From contig NIVC01001208.1 of NCBI GenBank assembly GCA_002269645.1, forward strand, positions 62,001-126,000: a DNA stretch of 64,000 bases, written 5' to 3'. The position numbers were made by a program, and so were the translations under genes. Source of the stretch: Macrostomum lignano. Lineage: Eukaryota. The notes under the pieces were generated by a model. It did not search any database, had not been told where the DNA came from, and saw nothing but the letters and a program-made list of their open reading frames with translations. Shown here piece after piece: positions 1-13,130 of this stretch (position 1 is the first letter of the stretch; each line of letters starts with the position of its first letter).

Positions 1-2844
1 TTAATGAATGAGACTGTTTTTATAATCGGAATTTTATTTCTTGCATATATATGTAAATCACCATTTTGTCCTTGTCTAATAGGGAGTATATGTATGACAC
101 CCCCCTATGCGTCAGTGCCTGACGCATGACGCAGCGCTGCGCCTGCGTCAAGCCGTCAACGCAGACCAACACAGCAGTCACTAGTCAGTAAGGCTTCTTT
201 TTCCTGACGGGTTTCTTTTCTACGTGCAATTTGCTTGATTGAATGACTTATTAGTGAAAAAACAATCAAACGTGTGTTGTGTTTCAAATACATGTAATGC
301 ATTGAAATAAGCAATTATGCGGTAAAAGAGCATAGACAGAGTTTCAATCAGCTTTCTGTGAATCAGTTTCTTATTTTAATGGCAAAAATTAAGTTACAAA
401 TGCATTTTTTCATATTTTTTCTCCCCAGGGTCCCCGGTTAAATTCCCCGGAGAGTATTCCCCGACAAGCTCCCCGGGGAGCACTCCCGGGGTCAACATCC
501 CTAGAAGGGAAACTACGAGCATAAGTTCTGCAACACATATACAAGTAGCTAAGCATTAATAGACGCACTGCACCGATAAAATGTAATGGAATTGCTCGAA
601 TCACCGACACCAAGACCCATAAAACTGGAGAAACTGGCAGGATATAGTAGATACATGTAGGTCAGAATCAGAAGTGATCATGGGTGGGTGGGTCAAGTGA
701 TCATGGGTTCGACCTCGATTGTATTATTCCTTCTTAATCTTATGCAATTAATTGTAAATTAGGTATGAAGTAACAGTAATTATCCTTGACCATGCTAGAG
801 TAAAGACAAGTCAAAGTCAAGTTAATAAAAATAGACACACAGTGTAACAATAACAATGGTTTTTAGAGCCATTTTTCTTGTCTGTGTTTGTCTTTGTACA
901 TACATGTACATTTGGGAAGACTTATCTGGACCCAATCCCTTCTTATTCTACATGTACGCTGTTTTGGGTATGGGGGTTAGAGTTGGGCCGTCTGACACCC
1001 CCCTCCCCCCCCCCTACCATAGTGGACTGGAGAGAAAGAAGCACATGCTATCGCTATTGGCTAGCCTGTCGTTCTCTTTCTCTTTACCTTCTGTCTTGTG
1101 TAGCGTACACTATCCAATGCACAAGGCCCAACTTTCCACTAAAGGAAGGTTCATATAGTCCGCCCATGGGCTTCCTCTTGCTTTCGCGTACACTCAAGGC
1201 CACTCACTCTCAACACCAGCCACTAGAGGCTTGTTTTAAATAATCGATCGATAATATTAAATGTACACTTGAAAGCTTGCTTTGGATCCTAGCAGAAGGG
1301 GGAGAAAGTGGCCAAGGCCACCACACCCCACAAGGCAGGCAGGCCGGCCCGAGTGCGATAACGAATGACAAAAAAATAGAAAAGTACAATTTACACATCA
1401 ACTTTCAATACAATAAATACAATAATAGGTACGGTATTAATGACAGTGTATTTTCGCACAAAGTAGCTACGTTCAAACCACCAGCACGTAAACAGCTAAA
1501 ATTTCACTGTTTATGAAATTTTATAAAATTTAACACATCATTTTAGATATTGAAAACTTTTAAAGGAGGGTATTACTGTTGTATGTGACTATAAAATCGT
1601 GGTAGGTATAGCTGATGATGAAACTGGTGATTGGTATCTAGCTTTTTTGATAACTTAGCCGGTTAGACCCCGAAATAGCTATTGTAATTTGTAACGCTGG
1701 AGCCAAATACAAATACAATGGAGCAATTAGTTTCTCTCAAATCTGTCTCTGCCAGTGCCAGTTTAGTCCATACTCCATAGTAAGTAACCAAAGTAAAATA
1801 CCCATTAGTGGTCCCGTTTCTAATGTTTATAAATATTAAGCTTCAGTTTACTTTTGGCACAGTATGCAATTTTGAAAATTCACCCTAATAACGGTTTGCA
1901 CCAGCAGGAAAGCAACTATTTTGTTGTTGGAAATCGGATTAAGCAGTCAAAAGAGTGTATTTCTATGAAAAAAGGTACTTTTTTCCATTTTTCAAATATT
2001 TAAACAGGTTTCGCTCTTTCAATAAAAAAATCATCGCAGTACCTTAAAGTACAGTTAGTTTGGAATTAGATGACGGCGTTGAATTGTTTCTTCCATATTC
2101 CAAAAATTATAATGAGCACTTTTCCTCAAATCAGTTTGAGATCATGATTTTTAGTCTTTCGTCGATAACTTTCTGATTTCAAATGTTTAAGAATTGAAAA
2201 CTTCCACACTTGTGTATCTTTGAATTGCGCATCAATTGGTGCATAGTATGTATGCTTAACTATTAGCAGTATAGAAAAAAATGCAAAAAACTGTAAAAGT
2301 ACATTTTCAATTTTTGCATTTTTTGCAACCAAAGTGCCAACTTTTTGATACAATTGAAAAAAACAACCCAATAATGTTATGCATCTTAGTAAGGCGCACC
2401 TATAACCCTCGAACATTTTTAGCTCGAGTTTTAATGTGCATGAGGAAATGCACTTTTGTAAAGACATAATCTTAAGACAAACATTTCAACTGAAGCCTGT
2501 TCCTTTTCTCCGCAGTGAATCCATACAAAACTATACTCGTTAAATAGATCAGATTCTTCTCTTTAAAATGACACCTCACTTGTGAAATTCGCACTTGTAG
2601 TTTTGAAGTTACAGCAGTTTTTGTGAGATTTTTCTTGTCATTTTTTCGATGCACACGTCTCATATTATTATATTCGTCACAAGCCAGACCACCCAATGCG
2701 CTTCGCGCATTGGCTGGCTGTTTGTTCCTCATGCTCGGCACTTTGTGCCTCGCGCGTTCGCTCCGCTCACCCCACAAACCCAAGGACACGCGCTTCGCGC
2801 GTGTCCTTGGGTTTGTGGGTTTCGCGGAGCTCACTGGGAACTAG

Positions 2845-3003
2845 GCCTAGGTTGTGGCACTAAAATGAATGCCTGCAGCACCAAAATAAGTGCCTGCAAC
2901 ACTAAAATGTGTACTAGCAGCGTCAAAAGTGGCAATGGCATAAGGCATGGCCAGCCAGGCCAACCCGCCTCCCCCCAATTAAAAATTCCTGGCTATGCCA
3001 TTG
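2845..3003 (-). mobile_element. Fragment of GC-rich hAT-like MITE
   Basis: Ends in CCCCCAATTAAAAATTCCTGGCTATGCCATTG, the reverse complement of the 18756 MITE terminus with a few mismatches. It is preceded by degenerate CTAAAATGAGTGCCTGC-type units like those inside the 42661 MITE. Confidence 0.6.
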
Positions 3004-3654
3004 GCAATCTTAGACTTAGAGTTTGGAGAACAAATTTCTGCTTTTCAAGTGTAACCTTAGAATAGGCCTATCCATCCTTAAGAACCAAAAATAGGCTAGC
3101 CATTGGCAACAAGATTTTGAGCCCCAAGGGCCAGCTGGCAACTGGATTTCCAACCTTTAAAAAACCCAGTGTGTATGCCTAACTTTTGGTATGCAAAGCG
3201 GCGGCTGCCAAAGCCAATGCATGCCCAAATTTTTGGATATATAGGCCCATACATGCGCAACTTCTGAAATTACACTGGCCGTGCGACTTAGTTTTCGATA
3301 AAAAATGTGACTTACCTATGAAAGAGCCAAGCAAAAACTTTAGGTAAACGGCAGGAGTAACTATGACCATATTTTTAAAGCTAAATGCCTTGCCAGCTAA
3401 TTAGTGCTGCGTGCAGATTCCGCGTTTTTATAACAGCTAATCAGTGTCATCTAGTGGCAGCATGAAGCAATTAGTAAATTGTCAGTACAGTGTAGTGAGC
3501 ATACTACAAAAGTCATGATTCATGAATGTCCAGAAGTAAGTGAAGTGAATACAGTGACCTATAGCTCAAGAACAATTTGCTAGACAATTTGGCATGGAAG
3601 ATAAGAGCCTTGATTCAGATGGCTCATCAGATGCAGAATACGAATCCAGTAGAG

Positions 3655-4300
3655 ATACAAGCTGTGAAAACCCACAGATTTTTAAACCACTGAATTCTAA
3701 TTCCCGGAACTATTTTTGCATAGATTCTAAATTTGAAGTCATGCTCAAACAAAAACTTGTTAACAGTTAAGAAAAAGGCAGATGGGAGTAATGCATGTTA
3801 AACTAAGATTTGAGGCCTTTGCAAATTCTCTCCATTCCTCAATCTTCTCATCCTCTTTTTCTTTTCTTTCTCATCCCTTATCCCTTCTCTCTTTCCTCTC
3901 CTCTCTCCTCTCTTTCCTCTCCTCTCCTATCTCTTCTGTCTCCTCTCTACATTCTTATCTCTCCTCTTGTCTCTCTCCATTCCACTCTACTCTCTCATCT
4001 TATCTTCCCTCTTGTCTCTCTCCACTCTACTCTCTCATCTTATCTCTCCTCTCTTTTCTACTCTCTCATCTCTCCTCTCTTCACTCTCCTCTCATCTCCT
4101 CTTTATCCTCTCTTCTCTTATCTACTCTCTCCTCTTTCCTCTTTCCTCTCTTCTGATCTCATCCATCATCTTTTCTTTCCTCTTTCCTCTAATCTCCTCT
4201 TCTCTCTCATCTCTTTTTCCTCCCTCAGCTTTTCTCTCCTCTTCTATCTTTTCTCCCATCGCATCGCTCGCCTCTCCTCTGTTTGCTTATCTCTAATCTT
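3655..4300. repeat. Dispersed repeat with conserved head and CT-rich body (inverted homologue at ~11690-13130)
   Basis: 3655-3820 aligns by eye with the reverse complement of ~12950-13130 (CAAGCTGTxxAAACCC...CCCGGAACTA...CAAACAAAAACTTGTTAA). In both copies the head is followed by long polypyrimidine/polypurine sequence. Confidence 0.6.
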
Positions 4301-4597
4301 CTATTCCCTCTACTTTGAAGTAAGAAAATATGCACATATTTTTGCTGAAGATAAGAGGAGAGAAGAGGGCATTGAGGAGAAAGGGTAGAGAGAAAGGGGG
4401 AGAAGAGAGGAGAGTAAAAATGAGAGGAGAGAGAAGAGGGAAAAGGGGGGAGAGAGAGAATAGGGGAGGCAAGGTAGAGAAGAAGAGAGAGATGAGAGTT
4501 GAAGAGACACCAACCTTGCTAGTTAGGAAGTTTCAAAGAACCCGAGGGGCGAGGGCCAGATAGAGGGGCTTCGCGAGCCGGAGTTTGCCAACCCCTG
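4300..4597. mobile_element. Charlie-like hAT MITE remnant with GA-rich interior
   Basis: Right end GGGCCAGATAGAGGGGCTTCGCGAGCCGGAGTTTGCCAACCCCTG is followed by CTCCAGAG, close to the NTCTAGAN Charlie target. Homologous to ~26400-26455. Left end unclear. Confidence 0.5.
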
Positions 4598-4739
4598 CTC
4601 CAGAGTTTAAGAAATCAATGGGAAACTGTTGACGCAGGCTTCTGATTTCAAAGATCTTGTCTGTGGTTGAAGGCTTCTATTCTGTTTTTGCTCTCCTGCC
4701 ACACTTGCACCTACTACCCCCTGATTGCCTCTGATTGTG

Positions 4740-5400
4740 ACTTACTTCCCTCTTATTGCGACTTAGTTGCTTCTTTTTGCGACTTACTTAATCCTTTTTG
4801 CGACTTACTTAATCCTTTTTGCGACTTACCTAACCCTTTTGCGACTTACCTAATCCTTTTGCGACTTAGCTGATCCTTTTGCAACTTACCTAATCCTTTT
4901 TGCAACTTACCTAATCCTTTTTGCAACTTACCTAATCCTTCTTGCGACTTACCTAATCCTTTTGCGACTTAGCTGATCCTTTTGCGACTTACCTGATTCT
5001 TTTTGCGACTTAGCTGATCCTTTTGCGACTTACCTGATTCTTTTTGCGACTTACCTAATCCTTTTTGCGACTTACCTAAACCTTTTTGCGACTTACCTAA
5101 TCCTTTTGCGACTTACCTAATCCTTTTGCGACTTAGCTGATCCTTTTGCGACTTACCTGATTCTTTTTGCGACTTAGCTGATCCTTTTGCGACTTACCTG
5201 ATTCTTTTTGCAACTTACCTAATCCTTTTTGCAACTTACCTAATCCTTTTTGCGACTTACCTAATCCTTTTGCAACTTAGCTGATCCTTTTGCGACTTAC
5301 CTGATTCTTTTTGCAACTTACCTAATCCTTTTTGTGACTTACCTAACCCTTTTGCGACTTACCTGATCCTTTTTGCAACTTAGTTTGCTTCTTTTGCGAA
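4740..5400. repeat. Minisatellite, 20-21 bp unit TTTTGCGACTTACCTAATCC
   Basis: About 30 tandem units, lying inside the 3248-5578 element. Confidence 0.95.
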
Positions 5401-7575
5401 TTGTTTTTCTTTTGCTTCACCATTTTCCCTGAACTGCTCTTTCTTTTGCTTTCCTCTTGCCTTTCTTGGTTCTTGTGTTTTTTTGTTTTTGGTTGACTCA
5501 ATTTTGCGACTTACCCCTGGTCAGCCACGATTTACGGTGGCCGGATCGGCCAGGTCGGCCAGCAGTTGCGCATGTATGTATAGGCCTATTACATGATCTA
5601 GAATATGGCATGATCCCATAGTTAGGATCATAGCTCACCTGCCTCCAAACAAATCCTAAGCCTATCTATCAAAGAGTTTGCTTGCACTATGTGCCAGAAC
5701 TATTCTTTTCAATATACTAAAATAGAAATTTTGTCTGTATTTATGTATGTTTGTAACATAACTCTTCCTAGGCTACTTGCAACTAGTGTTCCGCTGTAAG
5801 GAAGGTCCATATATCGTAGCCATAGCCATAAGCAAAACTATGGCTTATTCCAATTCTCTATATTCTGTAGCCATAGGGACCCCAATATTAGGGCCTACCA
5901 TATTCCCATAGTTCCCACTATGGATAGTTTTAATAAAAAGTCTAGAAAACAAAAATTTTGAATCAAGAATATAAAATAGTGCTTAAACAACTTCAAATTA
6001 AGTTAGAAAATAAAAGAAACACTCAATTGCCTTTGTATGATAATATTTCATCTTTTTTCAAAGCAACAATACTTGATCATTAATTACTAATGCTGAACTT
6101 TTTCACATTAATAAAAATTAGAGTTTGCTAGTGTTTTATTGTACTTTTTTAGGTATATTTTAAAAGTTTTTAAGTTGATAATACAGTTAATTAAAAGTAT
6201 CTTTGTTTTACTTTACCTGTTTCTAATATTTTTCAATTTTTAACATTAATAACTACAGCCATGGGAATCTACGGAATGTGACAACAACTACCATATTTCT
6301 GTAGTCATAGCCATAGCTGCCATAGGCACCTATTTTACCATATTTGCCATAGGATCCCGTAGTCGTAGCTATGGCTATGGTGAAACATTACTTGCAACTT
6401 AGCATTTTAACTTATATAAGAAAATTGCAACTTTTCTAGAATTGGCTTTAGGCTATTTATCAAACAAGTCTACTTGTGCTATGTTCCAAAACTTTTTACA
6501 AAGAAACACAAAAATGGTATTTTTCATTTGAAAAATACTAGTAAAAGTTACATTTGAATTTGTTTCATAAAAATGCAATGTTAACATATTTTAAATATGA
6601 GAACCATCAATACACTGGCAAATAAAAAAGTGCTAATAAAAAGAAATTTTTCTGGTATAATTTTCTGTGTGCAAAAATATCATCTTGCTAAAATTTTTTG
6701 TTTTGCAACTTGTACCAATTTTTTTTGTGCCATACTGTGATAAATTTTTCTCTTTGCCTGCTATTATGCCAGAATGTGCTTACATGGTGCATGTCCAACC
6801 CCATTTTGTACTAGAATTTTCAGTGAAAAAAGGCTATCTTTTTGATTATGGGCATAATCCAAAGTGAACAATCCACATTGTGAACAATGAACAATGTGCA
6901 AGTTATTTGGCTCTTAATTTTTTATAAGCTACTTTTTATAGGTTTTTCTATATAAAATTTAATTGGATACCTAAGAATAAATTTTATAATTCCTTTCATA
7001 ATGTTGATTTATGGTAGTTCTCTGTGGCTTTGCTTTCAAATGCAATAATTTTGCATTTAGGGTTTTTATGCTTTTTAGTTCCTGACATTTTGGTATCCCA
7101 GATTGCTTTTCAATACCCTAGTTTATGGCATCTCCAAGGGTTGTCCTAGAAATAGCCAGAAAAACCAATACAGAGGCTTGATTATGATATTCAAATTTGA
7201 TGCAACTTGTATCATAAGTAGAAAAATCCTAGGTACCAAAAAGTATAGATAAGTATATATTAATGACTTAATTGAGTAACTTAAATCTTAAAACTTTTAC
7301 TAATAGAAACCTCTGTTTGCCTTCTCCTATTTCCACATTCTCCTCTTTATAGATTATCAAGCTATCTTAAGCAATAAGAAAAGCAATCTCCTACACATGT
7401 TTCTGACAATAGAAACTTATTGCATATAAGTCATCTGAAAAAATGCCCAAAAAACTAATACATGCAAGTCTGCAATGGAAAAAGCAAGAGAATTATCTTG
7501 AAAGTCTTTATAAAAAGCAATATATTGAAAAAGTAAATGAATTGAAATACCAGAGCATCACTTTTTATCTTATAA

Positions 7576-10030
7576 CCCTTAGATGCCGGGTGGCTAGCAG
7601 AGCTGACCATAGCCATAGAATAGAAGGTGATGAGAAAAAAAAATTAGTAGTCTATGGCCAGTGAGGCGCAGAATTGCAGCTCCTTTCCTGCCGAACATGG
7701 TCAGCTGAGCTGACCATGGAATAAATAGCGCACTCACTCAGTCTGTAGCACTCTGTAGCGACCACTAGAGCAACTTTCATGTACTAACAATGGCACAGAA
7801 GAAAGATGCAGTTTATTGTTGAATTAATTTCGAACTATAAAGTTAAAGGGAAAGTTAAAGTTAAAGTTCAAGCAAAAGAAGATATTTGTCCAAAAGCAAC
7901 AAAAAATTTATGATTTTGAGACGCAACTACATGTACGCTTGTATAGTAGCATATAATAATACAGGGAACAATATTGTGGTAGAGTGCCACAGTTGGACAT
8001 TTAATTATTTTTGTCTTAACATAAAGGTAAAAAATTAATAGTCAATGCCGAATACAAACGCGAATTATATAGTATGGCTGGTGAAAGGAGTTCTTTAATT
8101 CAGTAATTCACATGCCACCGTTCAAAGCAGGGACTTGGGCACAGTCCAGGTGCATTCGGACATGCACTGCAGCAGAACACGGTGCGCTTCGCAGTGCCGT
8201 TGCGGTAGCACACGCGGCATCGCTTCACTGGCCTCAGGCACGATTCCCTCGGAGGCAGCTTTGATGGAAAGTGCTGCTGAGCTGTGGCCGCTGCTGGTTG
8301 CCTAGCTGCCGTTCGCTGTCTTCCTGGTCCCGTGGAGTCAACCAGTAGGGTGATACAGCTCTCCAGGAATTTGAAGAACTGCAGCCGGCCACCGTGCTTT
8401 GAGTATACAACCCATGCATTGTGTACAAGCAGCAGGCAGAGATGAAACCCCAACTTATGAAACCACTTGTAGGTTTTGTGGCAGCTGTCGTACGGTTTCA
8501 GCATGGCATCGAGTCGGTCAACGCCTCCCATGCAGCGGTTGTACAGCAGGTTCAAGGCGCTTTTCTGCACTTGCACAGCTTCACCATTCTTGCGAATTCG
8601 GTTCGTCGCTACTTTCTGAGCTGAGCCGTGGGTGTCGATCATGAAGAATGTTTTCAAGCCGCTTTCCTTGCGCTCCAGGATTTTCATGGCCAGCACTGGC
8701 AGCTTCCTCATGAAAACTACGTCATTCAATGGCTCCTGCTGACTGCGCAATGCCAACGGCACTCCACGGTCGGCTCGAACAGTTGCTGTCAGCAGTGTGC
8801 TGCATTCGTACAGAAAAGTCGCAAGCCGTACTGAGGCAAACCACTTGTCGACGAAAAGGTGATAGCCGAAACCGAGCAGGTCCTTGCAAAGGTGCACTAC
8901 GATTTTCTCGCTTAGAGACAGCTGGTCACAACCGAGGTCGTCGCCAAAATGAGAGTTCTCTTCAGCAGTCGAATGTACTAGAAAGTTTACAGGTAGCCAG
9001 ATGCAGACTCACAGGCGCAGTACATTTTAATTCCAACTCTGGCTCTCTTCGATGGGATGTACTGCCTAAACTGAAGGCGCCCCTTGTACAGAATCAGGGA
9101 CTTGTCGACGCTGACCTGCTGCTCCGGCTGGTACACATTCGCGCAGAGCTGCTGAGCCAGACGGAGCAGCGGCCAAATCTTGTGCAGTGGGTCGTTCGAG
9201 GCGGGTGCTCGTGCATCGTAGAAACGAAGGAAGGCCAGCAGCTGCTTGAATCGGTCACAGGTCAAGCCATTGGGCAATTGAAAAAACGGAGTACTGTGAA
9301 TGACACTGGTGCTATCATGCAGTTCCGGCTTCCGTGAGATGCCCATGAACAGGTACATACCCAACAGCTTGGATATCTCACTGCGGTTTGTGTCCTTCCA
9401 TGACTTCAGCAAGCTCGAAACATCTCCATCATGTGTCGCCTGCTCATACTCAGCCCAAGCTTTTGCGTTTGTCCACTCCACGATCTTATCCAGCAGCTCA
9501 TCGGTTAGAAACAGTTGTAGAAAATATTGGATGTCTTCACGGTCTTCGGGAAGGACAAGGCTGGGGTTTACACCCAAAATTCCAGTGAAACTGGGGCCGT
9601 CTTCAACAATGTCTTCGCCTGGCTCCACAAACTGCCAATCGTCTTTTACTTTGCTGATAGTGACCGACTCAGACGACTCGGAGTTCTCCGCTATTCCAGC
9701 GTCACTTTCGGAGTCGGAAGTCAACAGAATATCCATATTTGGATTGATTTGAATTACATGAATAGAATTGTACAGAATTTGGCACAGCCCTTAATATACT
9801 AAAACTGGACTGTCTATGGCCAGTCTTGTACAGTTTTGATAAGCGTGTGTGCAACCCATTCCAAATGTACATTCTCCTTCAACCCTAGATTAGACCAGCG
9901 ATGGCTGGCTTATTGGCAGGAGTGGCAGTGCAATTCAGTTCACTGAAAACTTGAAATAGTCTATGGTCAGCTCTGCTGACCATGCCGGCAGGAACGGAGC
10001 TTTCTATTTAGGAATTCAGGCTTGAAAAGG
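7576..10030 (-). mobile_element. piggyBac-family DNA transposon, decayed
   Basis: Contains a piggyBac transposase. ~40-bp imperfect inverted repeats at 7678-7718 and 9963-10001. The left end starts CCCTTAG. Candidate ATAA TSD at 7572-7575 and 10031-10034; exact ends are uncertain. Confidence 0.7.
8100..9736 (-). pseudogene. piggyBac (PGBD4-like) transposase with one frameshift
   Basis: ORFs 9736-8987 and 8897-8100 join via a -1 nt lesion at ~8988 (SGYL|NFLVHS). Motifs: QVSVDKSLILYKGR (D1), HLFVDKWFASV (D2), YNRCMGGVDRLD (D3), and C-terminal Cys-rich CRVC...CSAC...LC..PCFERWH. Confidence 0.92.
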
Positions 10031-11032
10031 ATAACAACTTTAAAATATACACTGCTTTTTAGATCAAACAAGGTCAATTCTGCAATGTTCTTATCATTGC
10101 ACAAAGTCAATAACACAATGCTGGATATTATGCTTATTGAAATATTGGTAGACTATTTAATTCTTTAGTCATCTCTAGCTATAAAAATGAAAACTCTGTG
10201 TGTCTATGGACAATTTTGATCGCTATGGACTCCCAAACCGCTCAACCAAATTACACCAAACTTTACACCCACCCTAAACTTACTACGGAGAATGTCTTAG
10301 GCTACCTTTTAATTTCCTAGACTCAAGTCTTCCTACCTAAAAGTACAAAAAACTGCTCAAAATGCGTGATTTTTTCACTTAATCCTCCATAGCGCCGCTC
10401 CACTTCTACCGATTCTCTTCAAATTTGACACAGATATTCTTAAACTATTTTGGCACAATCATGTAAAATTTCGAGTCTTAAAGTTAATCCTAAGCGGTGC
10501 TGTGCACTTTTAAAGTTAGGCTGTTTTTTTCAGCGAGGCAGCCACCCCAACCTCCGCCCGCCTGCCTCTCTTTCCCGATCCCGATCTGGGCCCAGATGTG
10601 TAAAAGGTTTCAAAATTGACTAACTTTCAGCTGCCATAAGTTTGCTCCACGTAAAGTGATTGACTTCAAACTTGACACAATTCTTCATTGACTCATTCTC
10701 TGTCTAAATGTAAAGTCTCAACTCTGTATCTCAATCAGGACGGAAACTGTAAGCATGTGAAGTTTGTCTGCTTTTTCTGTTGTTTGTGCCACTCACTCAC
10801 TCATTCCCCCAGAGCCAGACAAATGGTCAGGCGATAGGACTGAATGTACATAGCAAATGTACAGTGTTTTGGAATTCCACCCCGAGAGTAGAGAGGCTAC
10901 GATTAGCCATAACAGTTTAGTGAGAAATTCTAACCACTGCCCTCCCCTCTGTATTGGCAAACTCTGCAGCAGTTTAACAGTGGATGGCAATTGGCAATTG
11001 GCAAATCGAGGGAATCCACTATCCAGCATGGT

Positions 11033-11327
11033 CATACATGCGCAACGTCCAAAATTCGGTCGGCCGTGCGACTTAGTTTTAACAAAAATGCGACGTAGTT
11101 TTTGGCCAAAAATGCGACTTACATGTAAAAAACCCTAAAGCAAAATTAACGCAACTTTGGGTAAACGGCGGGAGTAACTATAACTGTCTTATCAGGCAAA
11201 AATGCCTCGTCAGCTACTTAGTACTACTGCGTGGGTATTTTTGGGTGGGCATTTTTGCGACTTCCTTGGTTGGCTGCCAAATCAGTCGGCCGGATCGGCC
11301 GACTCGGCCGACTGTTGCGCATGTATG
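11033..11327. mobile_element. 295-bp MITE, CATACATGCGCAAC family
   Basis: 14-bp TIRs. Perfect 8-bp TSD AGCATGGT (11025-11032, 11328-11335). Confidence 0.92.
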
Positions 11328-11689
11328 AGCATGGTTTGTAAAAGCGAAAGATTTATGAAAAGGCGATGCCATGCAATGCAATACAACCCTACTAAATTAG
11401 GCACACCATGGAAATTTTAGGTTTCTTTTAAAGGTACTGTGTAAATATTAAATGGCCTTCTAAGAAATGCGTATTTCCTTGGTTGTTAGACTGATGCAGA
11501 CTGCAGTGGAGCTGAAGATACACAAATTCCTTTCAGGGCTGCAAATTGGCAAGAAAGATGACGTGATCAAAGCATGAGAACAACCATGAGAGTACTACGT
11601 CCCACAAACTGGCTTTCCAAGCAGGGATGGGCAGACTTTACCTCAAAGGCCAGATAAAGAATCCAGCTCATGGCTGAGGGGCAGATGAA

Positions 11690-12372
11690 AGTGGAAAGAA
11701 GGAATAGACGATTCGAAGAGAGGAGAGGCGACAGAGGGGATAAAAAAAAAGATAAAAGATAATAGGAGAGATGAGGGGGTGAGGACGATGAGAGAGAGGG
11801 GAGAAGAGGGGAGAGAGGAAAAGCGAGAGCAGAGAGTAGAGATGAGAGAGCAGAGAGCTGCAGATGAGAGGAGAGAGGAGACAGCAGAGAGGAAACAGGT
11901 GAAAGAAGAGATGAGAGAGTAAAGGGAAGAGAGAAGAGATAAAGATACATCTCTACATCTCTAAGGTAGTAGAGATGAGAGAGGTGGAAGGAGAGATGAG
12001 AAATGAGAGATGAGAGATAAAGGAGAGAGGAGAGTGGAGTGAGAGAAGAGAGGGAGACAGAGTATAGAAAAGGGAAGAGAAGAGAAAAGAAGAAGGGAGA
12101 AAGGAAAGTGAGGAGTCAAAAGAGGGGAAAGAAAAGAGTACAGAGGAGAGAGGTGAGAGAATATATAAGACAGAGATGCCAGATTAAAGAGGGGGTGAGA
12201 GAGCAGAGACGAGAGTGAACAGATAAAAGATGGGAGAGTAGAAAGAACAGAGGAGAGGTTACAGAGACGAGAGGAGAGACAAAGGTAGAGAAGTGAGTGA
12301 GGAGAGAGGAGAGGAAAGAGGAGAATGGAGAGGGGAGGGAGTAGAGAGAGGAGGAGAGATAAGAGAGAAGAC

Positions 12373-12467
<95 letters not shown>

Positions 12468-13130
12468 AGCAGAGAGAAATGAGAAGAGATAAGAGAGAAA
12501 AGATAAAAGAAGAGAAAGGAAATATGAGAGAGCAAAGACGAGAGAGAAAAGAGGTGAGGGAAGAGATGAGAGAAGAGGGGAGAGATGAGAGAGTAGAGGA
12601 GAGAGTTAAGAGAAGAGAGAAAAGAATAGAAAGGAGAAGGAAGATAAGAGAGAAGAGGGGGTGAGAGGAGAGAGGAGAGGGGGAGAGAGGAGAGAGGAGA
12701 GGAGAGAGAAAAGAAGAGACAAGAGATAAGATAAGAGAGATGAAAGAGAAGAGAGATGAGGGAAGATACGAGAGAAGAGGGGAGAGAGGAGAGAGGAGAG
12801 ACGAGGGACGAGAGAGATGAGAGGAAACAGACGATAGAAGTTTTAAAGGATCCAAGGGACGTAGGGGGAGTCAGGGAGAGACCAGAGTTTAGCAATATAT
12901 GTTTTAGAGTCAGACAGACATTGCCTGACATTCTGCGCAGTACCCCAGCCAACAATGTCTCAAACCCTAATTTTACACAAATGTGCTCCATTTTATGTCT
13001 ACCTCTATCCTACTAACTATTAACAAGTTTTTGTTTGTGTATGGCCTTAGATTTTAGAATACATGCAAAAGTAGTTCCGGGTATTGGAATTCCCCGGGTT
13101 CAAAATCCGCGGGTTTCAACAGCTTGTGCC
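11690..13130. repeat. GA-rich dispersed repeat including perfect (GA)40 microsatellite at 12379-12458
   Basis: Purine-rich low-complexity tract. Its head (12950-13130) is the inverted homologue of 3655-3820. Confidence 0.75.

Larger units (their letters stand above)
3248..5578. mobile_element. Non-autonomous DNA transposon (hAT-like, CATACATGCGCAAC family), expanded composite copy
   Basis: Perfect 14-bp TIRs CATACATGCGCAAC (3248-3261) and GTTGCGCATGTATG (5565-5578). Perfect 8-bp TSD TATAGGCC (3240-3247, 5579-5586). Both ends are homologous to the short copies at 11033 and 25266. Confidence 0.85.

Noticed and set aside
1555-2480. Possible Kolobok-type element bounded by TTAA
   Set aside because: No convincing TIR pair could be delimited by eye.
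3782-4563. Ser/Leu-rich and Glu/Arg-rich ORFs (also 11567-13016, 16182-16600, 26179-26364)
   Set aside because: Translations of CT/GA low-complexity DNA; no domain content.
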